From NCBI GenBank assembly GCA_044892525.1, contig CM097885.1, positions 52,454,001 to 52,518,000 on the forward strand: a stretch of DNA of 64,000 nt, given 5' to 3'. The position numbers were made by a program, and so were the translations under genes. Shown here in pieces: positions 13,565 through 27,100 of this stretch. How positions within the stretch are numbered: the first letter of the stretch is position 1; each line of letters begins with the position of its first letter. The notes under the pieces are model-generated. The model was given only the letters and a program-made list of their open reading frames with translations, ran no database searches and was not told the DNA's origin. Source of the stretch: Schmidtea polychroa (lineage: Eukaryota).

Positions 13565-15679
13565 TTTAATTAATTATTATCTATTGTGTATTATGTATTA
13601 GTTAAATAAGATATGAAGATCATATTTTTTTTGTTTTCTTAATTGTGATTGGTTAAAATTAAGAAAATTAACTAATTTATTTCAAGGAAAGTTTTTAAAC
13701 TTTAAAATAAAATTTTTTCTCAAAATATAATTTTGACATTTGATTTTAAAATTTGTAATTATTTTTCAGCACCAAATGAAAATTGTAATTTTATCGGTTT
13801 GAAATTATTGAAATTTAGCCTTGGAGAATTCTTGCAATAATACTAACTTTCTATATTAAACTATGAAAACACATTTCTGAAACTGTTTGTTGATAAATTT
13901 ATGAAATTTTCAAAACTTCATTTTTAAAATTTTAAATATGAAATATGAAAATTTAACTTTTAAATACAAAATTACATTATAAAATCACAACGAAAATTTT
14001 GAACAATTTTTCAAAACTTGAAAAATATTATGCAAAATGTTTTGAATATATTCCTAAATAAATGTTGATTTTCTTTCATACTTAATTATACATAATTTCA
14101 TAAATCATTGATGATTATTTATAGCGTTTATTAATGCTTATTGAAAAAAATGGTTTATCATGTTTTGTAGGCAATTTTTGAAAATTTTTATATCATATTT
14201 TTATAAATAAAAAACTAACGGTAAAAACATAGTTTTTAAAATTCTTTGTATATCTCACTCTTTTACATTCTCTCAAAATTAAAATTTCAATATGCGTGCT
14301 TCATGCTATGAAATATTTAATATTACGCAAAATCACCTAGTTAAGAAATTACTTAGAAAGGAACATTTTATTAATATTTTAAAAATATTAATAAAATTGA
14401 AAATTTTCAAAAATTAATTATAGTACGATTTGAAATTTTGAAAAGTGCATTGTTCTTGACGACTAATCTATCTGCCAAATTTCAGCTCCATTCGAACACG
14501 AGAAGTGGGTTAATTTTCCGTTAAAATTTGAAGTTTAAAAATGCGATTTTAACATAAGTTGAAATAAATCTGAAAAGTTGAATTTTAATATTTACTATTT
14601 CTACTTTTGTAGACTGTAAAAGTAATTTTTAGATGTGTATGATATCCGTCAACATTTTAGTCACTTAATCCAAATAATTCTTTCAAAATATGATTAGTTT
14701 TCCAATTTTACACTTTCAAAATCGTATAATTATACACCAAATATATTTTATTATTGTTTCTTTTATACTATTTCGGTTATTAACGACCCACTTGAAAACA
14801 TAATTATTAATTTATTTACGATTAATCTGAATCCCATTTTTGCTAAACATTCAATTTATAAACAAAAATGCCATCGACTAAGAAAAATATTGAATTTTTC
14901 ATATTTTTCATATTTAATGGTAATTTGCTTGTAATAATGAATAAATTTCAACATAAATAATTAAAACAAAATTTTAAGGTTAAAAATTAAGGTTAAAACA
15001 AAATTTTTGAATTAAAATGTTGTTGAATTTTGGAATAGAATCCTTTTACTTTTCATTTATATTTTCTTCAAAACAAATGTTTCCTGAGTTTTCTCATTGA
15101 AACCAGATATACAAAATCATTGCAAGTTGAAGATTTTACTAAAATATGAGGAATTTCTTCAATAATTATGTTGATACAATATAGGATAATGCCTTTCAGA
15201 AAAAATAAAAAGGAGTATCTGAAGAGTTGAGCTGCCAGTTAATCGAAGAAACAACATGAAAGGGCGTTTACGAAATCCAAGAGACCCAAAGAAAGAAAAG
15301 AATTCAAGTAAAGCTATAACGAATCAATAACTTTGTTAGATGTATATGCTTATTTGAGTTAAATTTTTATCAAAATTTATTTATAACAAATCTGTGTATA
15401 TACATATTTAAAATCCAATTATCGAATAAATAAAAAGAAATTGAATGGGATAGATGGTTGTTTTAATGGTCGATTATTAGAGCTGTTTATTTTTTCATTT
15501 ATCAATCTAAATTAGAAGATGGTTCTTTATCAAAATCGACTCCGGAGCTCCTCGAAATCTAATTAACACTATCCATACATTCTGAATTACAATCTGACAA
15601 GCGTTATTACGCCTGCAACAAATTTTGTTTTCATCGTGGGTTTATCAACAAATTCTTAATTAATTAATTATTTTGTAAT

Positions 15680-16300
15680 AGGTCACTGAACAATTGATGA
15701 AATGGATTGTCCACCATTGTTAGTTATGAGTCTTAACTTATGACTATAGCTGGAGCTCCATGTTCTCTCACTTTCAAAGGCTTTAGAGATACAACTTCCA
15801 GTTATTTCTGAGATATGAATGGCCTCGTGCCAATATGTTTCTCTATGAATCAAGTGAGAACTGGAGGAGTCCAAGTGTTATTCTAGAATATATGGTGGAA
15901 GGCTTTTCATTAAGTTTTCTCCTTTTCGGTATTGTTCAGTTTCAAAGCGTCTTTTACTTGGGAGAACCATAATTGCCATTTTCGAAAAAATGTGGAACTT
16001 TTAAATGGGTTTTTTTTATCAGCAACGTTTTTAACATCAAGGTTGTTATCCATGTTAAAGGTATTAATAACTAATTGAAATTTGAAAATCTAGATTTCGC
16101 TACATTTGTTGGGCCGAAACTGGTGTTAGGCTTAGCTAATGGAGGCTTCGCTGAAATATGTTGGGAAAAAGCACGCAGACACAAAAACTAAAATACACGT
16201 AAAACATCGAATAAACTCAACCAAATAGAATTCACTCAACATCAAAATGATAAACACAAAAGTAAAATAAAATGAAACCAAACATAACATAACATAGATA
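15680..16300 (-). mobile_element. Decayed LTR-retrotransposon remnant (LTR end plus gag-like start)
   Basis: Minus strand ...GGCCCAACA at 16107 is followed by a PBS-like TGTAGCGA, then broken frames with QLWFSQVKDALKLNN resembling gypsy gag N-termini. Limits approximate. Confidence 0.35.
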
Positions 16301-16899
16301 CATAATAGAAGTAATAGATTTAAATTAATGGCTAGAAGAGAAAGTTGGGATTGAAATTAGAAAGATTTCCAAAACATATCACCAGAAAATGAATTAAGGA
16401 TAAAAGTTATAAAGGAAATGAGCAGAAAACTAGAATATTCTATAAAAATAGTGAAATCCATGATAGCCGCCAAGTAGCTAGTGGAAATTAACTAAAAGAT
16501 AAAAATTAAGGAATTAGATTAGCAAAAACTAACAGAAAATAAGATATGAATTAAAATAAATAAGAATTGTTTAATAAAATTATTTAAATAGCATAGAATT
16601 GGGAATCTGAGAAAATGGAAAAACCATCAATATAATCGATTTGGACGAAACATCCGGTAACACCAAAACACAATCAAAACTGGTCAACGAGTTAAGAGAT
16701 TTCAAAGGAAAATAAGATCAAAAATGGATCGAATACTAGACATTTATAATAACTTCACACGTACCAAGACGAATTACAATATGAAAACACGAGAGATACA
16801 AAAGAATTCAACTTCAAAGATTTGCGTATTAATCAAAAAATGAAAAATTTCCCCATTAAACATGCCGTCGACCTCATCAAACCATTCTAACTTAATATA

Positions 16900-17592
16900 A
16901 TGAATAAAATATGTCAGAATTCGACTTGTGTCAAGAAAACTACAAACTTTCTATTGAGACTTGTTCAATATAATCATGTTTTCTTTTGCCATTGCTTCCT
17001 AGAGTTCTTCAATAACAATGATCTTTGTCCATTTGATAAAGACATACCGAAAGAAATTCTTATTTGCGATATAAATAACGTATCAATATTAACTAAAACA
17101 ATGAATTTGGTTCGTTTTGATATGGTTTACAATAGTTTCAGCTATATCTGGCCAGAAATGTCTGAGGAAATCATTTATAGGTGCAATGATAAACTTAAAA
17201 ATTGTTTCTTTAAAATCTTTGTCGTTCGACTTTATGAAAAAACTTTATGAAAAAATATTCAATTTCAAAAAGATTTCATATTTACCAATTTGCTTCTCAA
17301 ACATTACTCGACTATGATGACCTCCATCAACAAAGATATTGAAAATACTTCATGTCCAAATCGGATGAGGAAAATTAAAGAAGACTGGAAGCAAGTCAAC
17401 TCAAATTTCAACAAATCAAGTTGCTTGTACACTCTGACTATGTTTGAATTTCAAGAGAACGATAATGTTTCTCAAGGCTTTCTTATGGACTTGAACTCAT
17501 TCAAACTATCGAAAAAAATTCATAACATATATTGTGAAGTAAATCAAGTTTTGCAAAAGATTTCAGAAGGGTCTGTGACTCGGTACGATTAA
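16900..17592 (+). pseudogene. RING-finger paralog copy 3, pseudogene
   Basis: Same start and end as copies 1/2 but with an internal deletion after IYRCN, frameshifts, and loss of RING cysteines (YNHVFFCHC). Confidence 0.85.
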
Positions 17593-18239
17593 TATCAAAA
17601 TTCGTTACTCTAAAATTATAAGAAAAATGTGAAAAAAAGATGAAAATTAAAATATTTTTTTATTTCTTCTTCATCATTAAAATTTTGTTTTAATGCTCTT
17701 CTTATACCTCCATATAAATGATTAGCTAATTTATCTTTTGAATTTTCAGCATATCATTTTTAGCCCTCCTAATAATTCTTTCTTTATTCTTTTTTGAATA
17801 ATCTTTCTGATATTGTAATATTTTCTCTTTGTGACATGATTAATATTTAGGAAAATGAATTTCTCTATCATATTTTTGTTCACATTCTATACACTCTGAA
17901 CTATAAACTTAGTAATCTCTCTTTAATCCGATGCTAAATTCGCTTATTGTTTTTTCACTATTACATTTTGCGGAAAGTTTTCTTGATAAAACAGTTTTCA
18001 AATTTCTTATTACTAATAATAGCTGCTCTTTATACTTTTGTTCGCTTTACTTTTTTTCTATACTTTCACATTTTTTACACATACCAAGAAAATAATATTT
18101 TTCTTTTTTTTAATAATTTTAAAAGATTCATTTGATTTTTCAAGATTATATTTAGTACATATTTAAAAAAGAAATTTTTTAAAAACATTATTTTATAATG
18201 AATTTAACATGTCCTTTAATAAAACACACTTTAGCCAAT

Positions 18240-18425
18240 TTGACTCAAATAATTTTATCTTGGTAGATGATATTCTCCTTTATATTTAGCCCATGGAAAT
18301 TTTGGTAATTTAGAACTCACACGTTGTAAATTCCCAGAACTCTTTATTTTTTGAACATTGGTTCTTTCATCTTTCGCTTTGTTTGATTTTGAAATATTTT
18401 TTTCACAAGCTTTGCAAAAGTACAT
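18240..18425 (-). pseudogene. Remnant of a Polinton/adintovirus-type PLA2X-like gene with N-terminal zinc finger
   Basis: Reads MYFCKACEKNISKSNKAKDERT...KLPKFPWAKYKGEYHLPR*NYLS, a decayed form of the parvovirus-VP1-like HLPGYNYxGP motif. Confidence 0.55.
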
Positions 18426-18509
18426 TTTTATACCAAGAATTTTATTTCCCCGAGAATTTATTATTTCTACGAGAATTTCCAGAGTCTGAGGATATACTAA
18501 TAATAATTA

Positions 18510-19055
18510 TCTAATAAATAAAGATGAAAGTTGGTTTGTTTGTTTTCTATAGAATTCCCAACCATTGGACCTAGGGTGTTGAAATTTTGCATGTGACTCT
18601 CATTTGACTCGGGACAGGTCATATGCTATGTTTCACCCCCAGGTGACCACCCCTTAAGGTACTCTTAGTGGAGTTTTTTTGTCTGTCCGGTCAGTAATTT
18701 ACCATATAAATAATAATTTATTATATTCTTGCTACTTGCAGTTGAAAGTAATATAATTTAGTCAAAGGTTTTCAAAGCAGAATTCAAACATGAAGAATTT
18801 GAATTTTATTTGATTAGTGAACCAGTTTGCAATTGAAAAACTATTGCCAGTTATTTTTCGATTTAAATTGGAGTGCGTTTTCGATTTTACAAATTGAAAT
18901 TTATTTTAAAAGATTTTCTTATTGTGAATTAAACATGAAATTTATGCTGTTATAAAATTAATACTGGAACGTAATAACATAATTAAACAAAAAATTAATT
19001 TAAATGAATTATTATAATAAATGTAAACTCGGGCGAAGCCGGGTACAACAGCTAG
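18510..19055 (+). mobile_element. Non-autonomous Helitron
   Basis: 5' A|TC; 3' GC-rich hairpin CTCGGGCGAAGCCGGG then CTAG|T; no TSD. Removing it restores the TAATTATTATTAATAT flank shared with RING copy 1. Confidence 0.75.
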
Positions 19056-19188
19056 TTATTAATATTAAAAATCCAAATTATTTCTCAAAATATTATTTAT
19101 TAATATTTATCTAAATAGTGAAAATATAAATATTTTTTTTGTAAAAGGGGTGACTTTTCTAATGCTTTTAGAGTAATTAATTTTGATA

Positions 19189-20022
19189 TTAATCGTACCG
19201 AGTCACAGACCCTTCTGATATCTTTTGCAAAACTTGATTTACTTCACAATATATGTTATGAATTTTTTTCGATAGTTTGAATGACTTCAAGTCCAAAAGA
19301 GAGCTTTGAGAAACATTATCGTTCTCTTGAGATTCACAAATAGTCAGAGTGTACATTTGTGTTGCACTTAACCATTCAACAAGCAACTTGATTTTGTTGA
19401 AATTTGAGTTGACTAGCTTCCAGTCTTCTTCAATTTTCTTCATTCGATTCGGACATGGAGTATTTCCAATATCTTTGTTGATGGAGGTCATCATAGTCGA
19501 GTAATGTTTGAGAGGGAAACTGGTAAATATGAGATCTTTTTGAAATTGAATATTTTTTTCATAAAGATTTTCATTTGAACGATCAAGATTTTTAAAGAAA
19601 TAATTTTTAAAGGAACGCACGTAACTATTCAAAATAAAAGCAACTTGATTTTTTCCCGTGAGGTATGATTTTAAAGTTGACCGGAAATCTATTATCAGGT
19701 CTTTCATATTGGTAAGTTTATTATCTAGGACGCAATTGCACCTATAAATGATTTCCTCACACATTTCTGGCCAGATATAGCTGAAACCATCGTCGACAAT
19801 GTCAAAAGGAACAAATTCCATTGTTTTAGTTAGTATTAGTATGTGACTTATATTGAAAATAAGAATTTCACTTATCATTTCTTTATCGAAATGACAAAAA
19901 TCTATGTTTTTGAAGAAATCTTGGAAGCAATGGCGACAGATAACATGATTACATTGAGCAAGTCTCATTAGAAGGTTTGTAGTTTCCATATCACAAATCG
20001 AATTTTTACATTTTTTATTCAT
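19189..20022 (-). CDS. RING-finger protein copy 4 (277 aa, most divergent N-terminus)
   Basis: Intact ORF of the same length; CKNSIC...CNHVICRHC...CHFD. Confidence 0.8.
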   Translation of the reverse strand: MNKKCKNSICDMETTNLLMRLAQCNHVICRHCFQDFFKNIDFCHFDKEMISEILIFNISHILILTKTMEFVPFDIVDDGFSYIWPEMCEEIIYRCNCVLDNKLTNMKDLIIDFRSTLKSYLTGKNQVAFILNSYVRSFKNYFFKNLDRSNENLYEKNIQFQKDLIFTSFPLKHYSTMMTSINKDIGNTPCPNRMKKIEEDWKLVNSNFNKIKLLVEWLSATQMYTLTICESQENDNVSQSSLLDLKSFKLSKKIHNIYCEVNQVLQKISEGSVTRYD

Positions 20023-21263
20023 TATATTAAGTTAGAATGGTTTGATGAGGTCAAAGCCTTGATTATATAATGGAATATTACTCAAACTGTTCAACCTTAT
20101 ATGGAATCTTAAATGGGGAAATCTTTCATTCTTTGATTAATACGGAAATCTTTCTAGTTGAAGATCCTCAGACGACGTGCACGCTAAGAGGCTTGTGTCA
20201 TAGGATGGTCTAGTCGTGTCATAGTATATCTTTAAATGACAGAAAACATGAGAATAAAATAAAGGTTTCTTGTTTCGTATTTGTTAAAGATCCCAGTAAA
20301 TTGTAATCGTTATTGAGAATTACACATTCGAACAGAAACCATTCAAAATATTCAGTTAATCCGTTAAAATTAATTTTAGTTCAGTCTGTGTATAGGAAGG
20401 TGTATATGAACGAGTTCGTTCTGTATGTGGGATAGAAATAGGTCTCTCCTGTTGACTGTTATAGTTTTAAAAAGACTTTTAATTTAGTTTTATCTAAGCT
20501 CGTTGTATTTTTGGAACCGAGAAACAGAGAACCGAAATTAAGGACGGATAATTGTCTTCTAACTGTGGTCCGCGAACCCGCTCGAATGCTTGAAAATTAT
20601 ACCATACAGAGGTACACTCGCTTTCTATGTTGAAAATTCTATGTTGAAATCTCAGATGAAACTAATAGTAAGAAATTGTGTTCATTTTTATTTTTTATGT
20701 GTAAATTAATCTATGTCATGCAACCAATTTAATAATTTATTAATAAACTTTTGATAACATTTTATGTTAGCTTTCAATCGGAATCATTATCTATTTATCA
20801 TTTAAATTTATTCATACACTTTTTCTCGCCTACAGCCAAACATGAGCAAGGCAATAAAATCAGAACATATCTCGACCTCGAGATATCATACCAGTTTACA
20901 CTAGTAGGTAGTTAGTAGCCCGCTGCCGCAATTACCCCCCCGGGGGGGAGTCTGCGGCAACTTTTTATTACGCAATTGCGGCAACTCAAATTTTTTGCTT
21001 TCAGGGATTTTTGGTCCAAATTTTTTTTCATCACACTATAGTGAGGGGGTCTCCTTGGTCCTGGGATTTTCAATACAAAAAAAATTTTTTCAATAGAAAA
21101 AGCTGGTCTCAATAAAAAAGCATAAAATTTTCAGACTATAGTGAGGGGGTCTCGATGGTCCTGGGATTTTCAATACAAATTTTTTTTTTCAATAGAAAAA
21201 TCCGACTACCACTAAAAAAGCCAAGGACTATTCACACTATAGCGAGGGGGTCTCCTTGGTCCT

Positions 21264-21403
21264 TGTATTTTATCATAACTAATAATATCATTCTTCCATT
21301 CATCTAATGTGAGTATTTGTATTTTGTCTATTTCTATTTCTGCAAAATCCTTTTTTATGAATCTGTTTACTTTCCTTATTACATTATTTTCTTCTTCTGC
21401 TAT
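21264..21403 (-). mobile_element. 140-bp gypsy fragment nearly identical to 48926-49065
   Basis: Encodes EEENNVIRKVNRFIKKDFAEIEIDKIQILTLDEWKNDIISYDK, as in ORF 48830-49279. Confidence 0.9.
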
Positions 21404-22560
21404 AGTAGATGGATTGGGCACCGCTAGCACAGTACCCCCCTCCCCCTCCCCCCGTCGTAAAATTTTTAAAAAAATTCTAAGTCTAAAAGTACATTTTTTT
21501 TCAAGGTCAAATTTAAACAAAGACATATGACTCATCAAGGTTATTGAAACAAAGACCATGACTCATCCTATGACTCATCAAATTTTTCAAGGTCATTTAA
21601 ACAAAGACAATGACTCATCCAAGGTCATTTTCAAGGTCATATGACTCATACTATGTCTCATCCAAGGTCATTTTCAAGGTCATATGACTCATACTATGTC
21701 TCATCCAAGGTCATTTTCAAGGTCACATGACTCATCGCGATGATTCATCAAGGTCATATTATTATTTTTAAAAAATTTTATTATTTTTATTATTATTTTT
21801 TCAAAATATTATTAAGTGTGCTAGCGGTGCCCTACTATTTGGCATGCCAAAAGTTATCGTTCTCATCATTTTATTTCATCGATCGATAGCTTATTTAGAA
21901 GCTTGGTGCAAGACCTTTCGAATGAGCTATTGAAAGTACCATCATCATCATTATTGACAAAGTTATTAACATTTACCCAAGACCATTTTCAAGGTCATAT
22001 AATTATTATTATTTTTCAAAAATATTATTAAGTGTGCTAGCAGTGCCCTACTATTTGGCATGCCAAAAGTTATCGTTCCCATCATTTTATTTCATCGATC
22101 GATAGCTTGTTTTGAAGCTTGGTGCAAGTTATATTGGTCATCACCATCATTAATATTGGCAAAGTTATTAACATTTTCCCGAGACCATTTTCAAGGTCAT
22201 TTGACTATTTTATTATTATTTTTTAAAATATTATTTTTTTTTCAAGGTCATTTATTTTTTCAAGGTCAAATTTTTTTCAAGGTCAAAATTTTTTTTCAAG
22301 GTCAAATTTTTTTTCAAGGTCATATTTTAAAATTTAAATTTACAGAGTTCCCGCCAACGAACATTATTCAACGATAGCTCATTTGAAAGCCCAATCCAGG
22401 ACCTTTCGATTGAGCCATATATCTCATTATTAACATTATTATTTCTAAAGATATTATTATTATTATAATTATTATTATTATTTTCAAAATATTATTATTT
22501 TCAAGGTCATATTATTATTTTTCAAAATATTATTATTTTCAAGGTCATATTATTATTTTA
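21404..22560. repeat. Polinton-like terminal region B with TGACTCATC / TCAAGGTCA arrays and a ~190-bp duplicated unit
   Basis: Begins AGTAGATGG exactly where gypsy homology stops. Same motif vocabulary as 56249-57085. Duplicated unit ~21805-21995 and ~22020-22200. Partner end not found. Confidence 0.55.
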
Positions 22561-23085
22561 TTTTTGTTTTAATAATCGATTACGCAATAATTTAATTTTG
22601 TTTAAATCGTTGATTATATGATAATATTATTATTTTTTTGTGTTAATTATCGATTACGTAATAATTTAATTTTGTTTAAATCGTTGATTATATGATAATA
22701 TTATTATTTTTTGTTTTAATTATCAATTACGTAATAATTTAATTTTGTTTAAATCGTTAATTATATATATTTTTTAAATTATCGATTTCTTAATAATTTA
22801 ATTTTGTTGAAATCGTTGATTATATAATAATATTTTTATTTTTGTTTTAATTATCAATTACATAATAATTTAATTTTGTTTAAATCGTCGATTATATAAT
22901 AATATTTTTATTTTTGTTTTAATTATCAATTACGTAATAATTTAATTTTGTTTAAATCGTTGATTATATAATAATATTTTTATTTTCGTTTAAATTATCG
23001 ATTATGTAATAATTATTTTGTTTAAATCGTTGATTATATTATTATTTTTTTTTGTTTTAATTATCGATTACGTAATAATTTATTT
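22560..23085. repeat. Tandem AT-rich minisatellite, unit ~60-70 bp
   Basis: Roughly eight copies of AATTATCGATTACGTAATAATTTAATTTTGTTTAAATCGTTGATTATAT... Confidence 0.85.
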
Positions 23086-23172
23086 TATCATTATTATTGG
23101 GAAAGATATTAACGCCCGCGCGGAAGATGTTATTTATTATTTTCAAAGTTTTAATCAATATTATTATTATTA

Positions 23173-23244
<72 letters not shown>

Positions 23245-23552
23245 CATTATTATTATTATTAATATTTCTAAAGTTATTTTGAAAGTTATTTTGAAAATTC
23301 TTCTTATTATTATTATTATAATTTGCAAATATTCATAAAACCTAATTTCTACGTCCATTTCATGCTTTTCAGCATTTTCATCATTTGCATGAATATTTTA
23401 ATAATTTTCATAATTTTCATAATTTTCTACATTTTCAATATTTTCACGATTTTCAGCATTTTCATGATTATTTCAGGAACATTTTCATCGAATATTTTTC
23501 AAAGTATTATTTTCAAAGAATTATTTTCAAATTATTTTCAAAGTTTTTATCA

Positions 23553-23713
<161 letters not shown>

Positions 23714-24044
23714 TGCGAAGTTCTTATTATTTTATTTTCGATGTTTTATTATTATTTACTTAAATATTCATAAAACTTAATTTCTGCATCAATTTACGAT
23801 TTTCAATATTTGATGATTATTTTCAGGAACATTTTCAATAATGTTTAACGTTTTCATCATTTTCAATATTTTCATCATTTTCAATATTTTCACGATTTTC
23901 AACATTTTCAGGAACATTTTCCTCATTTTCAACATTTTCACGATTTTCAATATTTTCATGATTATTTTCCTCAAAATTCTTATTTTATTTATAAAATATT
24001 ATTATTGTCATTTTCAAATTTCTTATTTTCAAAGTATATTATTA

Positions 24045-24126
<82 letters not shown>

Positions 24127-27100
24127 CTCCTAGTCTCCCTGACAAAATATTTTGTCCCCCTATGGGTACTGTTCACACTCAACAGGTTGCAAGGGTACTA
24201 GTCATGCTTATTATTATTGTTATACAATATGATGTTAATTAAACATTTGAAGGTTCAACCATGGTTACAATTTCTACATTTTGAAAACTCTAATTTGATT
24301 GGCTATCTCAATTTTTATAAATGTAAAAACAAAAGTAATTTAGTTATTAAGAAATTTATTTATTACTGATGATTTCTACAAGTAAAACTGTTGAATATGA
24401 ATGTGTAAATCACAAAACACATTTGGTAACTTTATTATTTTGTCAATATTTTTTATATATGTCATTTATAGCAAGGAAGTCCTACTAGAAATAAGGAAAA
24501 ATTAAGTCCAACCTATTCCGAAGATAAGCGTTCATTGAAATTTTTAACAACACAGTTGAAGATTTTATAAATAATCATGATACTTACAGTGATAAGAAAA
24601 TCATAAATATTTTAAAAATTTTCAAACATTCCTCTATTGAATATTTGATTGATTTATTTAATTATGATAAATGCATTTTAAAGTTATCTAGTTATTTAAT
24701 GTATTTAGAAAAAACAGTGGTAAACAACGATTCACTGAATGAATACTTTTGGAGTTGTATGTATTTAAGGTTGAAACCGGGATACAGTAGATTGATTTAT
24801 GAATGGATAGCAAAGCCGATTTGATTGAAAATAAGCTAACGGAAAAACTGAACGATGTTTAGAAAAGGTATTTAACTTGCTCAATTTGTAAAGAAAATCA
24901 AGTTTCAGTTTTGTATTTACCGTGTGGTCACGTAATTGTTTGTTCTAAGTGTCACGAGAAGAATGTTCACAATTGTCAAGCCTGTTCAACACTGATTAAT
25001 GAATATCATACTATATACATGTAAGTTCTCAATACAAATCAATACAATATCAAAGTCAAATGAATTATTACCATACATAATGACGGTACTATAATGTAGA
25101 AAATTTTCAAACATTGAATAATATGAAATCATTTTGGTAATTAAATATATTGGGCGCAACTACCAAATGTTGGTGATATGATGAATGGAATGGTCTGGTA
25201 TTTATAATATATGATATTATTTTAGATTATTCAGAATGAAATATACCCATGAGTTCATCAAAATGGAAAAGGATCTTCGCACAAACCATGAAGATGTTGG
25301 AAAAGCAGAAGAAACCTTAACCAATATTTTAAAGCTGCCATTATATGTTGCAGTAGTATTGGTTATTATTGTTTCGTAAATAAATGTTTTAATTTGTTTT
25401 TATAAATTTATTGTTTTATTGTAATACTTTTTGATTAAAACATATTCATTTTGTTTTAATATTTGTATTAATTTTGAAATAGTGCTATTTATATATGGAA
25501 ATTTACAATTTTATATTATATACAATTATATATACAATTATATTTACAATTATTATAAATCATAATGTTGCTTTTCTTCTGTCCATTCATTCTCCTCTGA
25601 TATTACTGCCATAATCATCTTCGACATAATGCAAAGATAATATTTCTAATGTCTTTGTTAATCATGCCCATTTTTTGCAAAGTCTTTGTTAATTATGCAC
25701 TTGTATTGCAAATTTATTAGTCATATATTATTTTTTCATGCCCTGACATAATATTATTATTTTTAATTTTATTATTATGATTATTTTATTTAACAATACC
25801 ATATAGCAAATTTTTAGGCAATTTGATGAATAGTACATGGTTATTTTAAATATATAGCAATTTCTTAAGTAAAATATTTCCAGATAAATTTAAAAATTTA
25901 GTTAGAAATCCATGGTTTTTGGCTGTACCATTTAATTTAAATATTCCTGGATTCATAACAATTTTTTTTATATAGTTGATAGTAATACCAATTATCTCAA
26001 TTATTTAACTAGAAACATAACTGAATTCTTAGGTAATATAGTATTTTTGTGTATTTTTTAGTTAATTTATAAATATTATCTGACATTTTGATGTATCAAT
26101 GCAATATACAACAAAGTAATCAATAAAAACCATAGCATATTGTAAGTTTTTATATATAGTCTGAATTTATCCGACAATATATTTTGTCCCCCTATGTGTA
26201 TTTGTCGTAAGGGTACTGCTTACATTCAACATGTCGCAAGGGTATATTAATTAAAGCACATGTATATTAGTTAAAAATTCTTAGGCAATTTAGTGAGAAA
26301 TGGATGATCATAGATATCAGAAATTCGTGAATATTTCGAATGTAACTTACCGAATTCTCATTTCGAGCGACTAATTTATTGGTTAACTTTGTCATGTTTA
26401 GTCATTTAAAATAATATTTAGCAAAAAATAAGATATGAATATTTAGTATTTCATAGGTAATTTATTCATCTAATGTTCATTATAATAGTTAATATAACTT
26501 CGTGAGAAATGCATGGTTATTAATATATTCATTGATAATTTTGGTAGAAAGTCTGTATCATTTGGAGTAAATTTCTATCTTTGTTTGAGGCAAAAGGAGT
26601 CATAACAGAAACATGATCATTTGTTATCAATTTACCAATTAAGGTGCTTATTAGTTAGAAATATAGGGTTACAATTCTTTTCTAATTTAATGAGATGATC
26701 ATTGGGTGTAATATATCTTTGTGAGAAATACATGGTTAACATTTTTAAATAGGGATTTTGAGTAACTTTTACCAAAACAGGGATATTTTGTGCGATCAAT
26801 TTATGAATATTGGTTAATTTTCTCTTTTTTAGTCATTTAAAATAATATTTAACAAAGGTAATTTAGCAAAATATCATTGAAAGATTTATCCATCCGATAA
26901 CAATATTCCTTCAATAGATTTTACTCTTAATATTCAACCGATTTAATTTCTAGAAATCTAATTAAAATCACAAATTTTCTTCACTGATATCCCCACAATG
27001 AATAAAATAACTTCTTAAATAAAATAATTTAAAGAAATAACCTTTGATATCAATCCAAATTAATTCTAAAGATTTCAAATATTTCATTGTCAAAACCAAG

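Noticed and set aside
14250..14800. Possible DNA-transposon remnant (AAATTTCAGCTC...CGAGAAGTGGG motif)
   Set aside because: No TIR pair or TSD could be located, so it is not called.
21212..21559. 115-aa ORF as a novel gene
   Set aside because: Chimeric reading across terminus B, the gypsy fragment and terminus A.
21520..23085. CRISPR-like array
   Set aside because: Repeats are tandem and degenerate with no unique spacers, there are no cas genes, and the context is eukaryotic.
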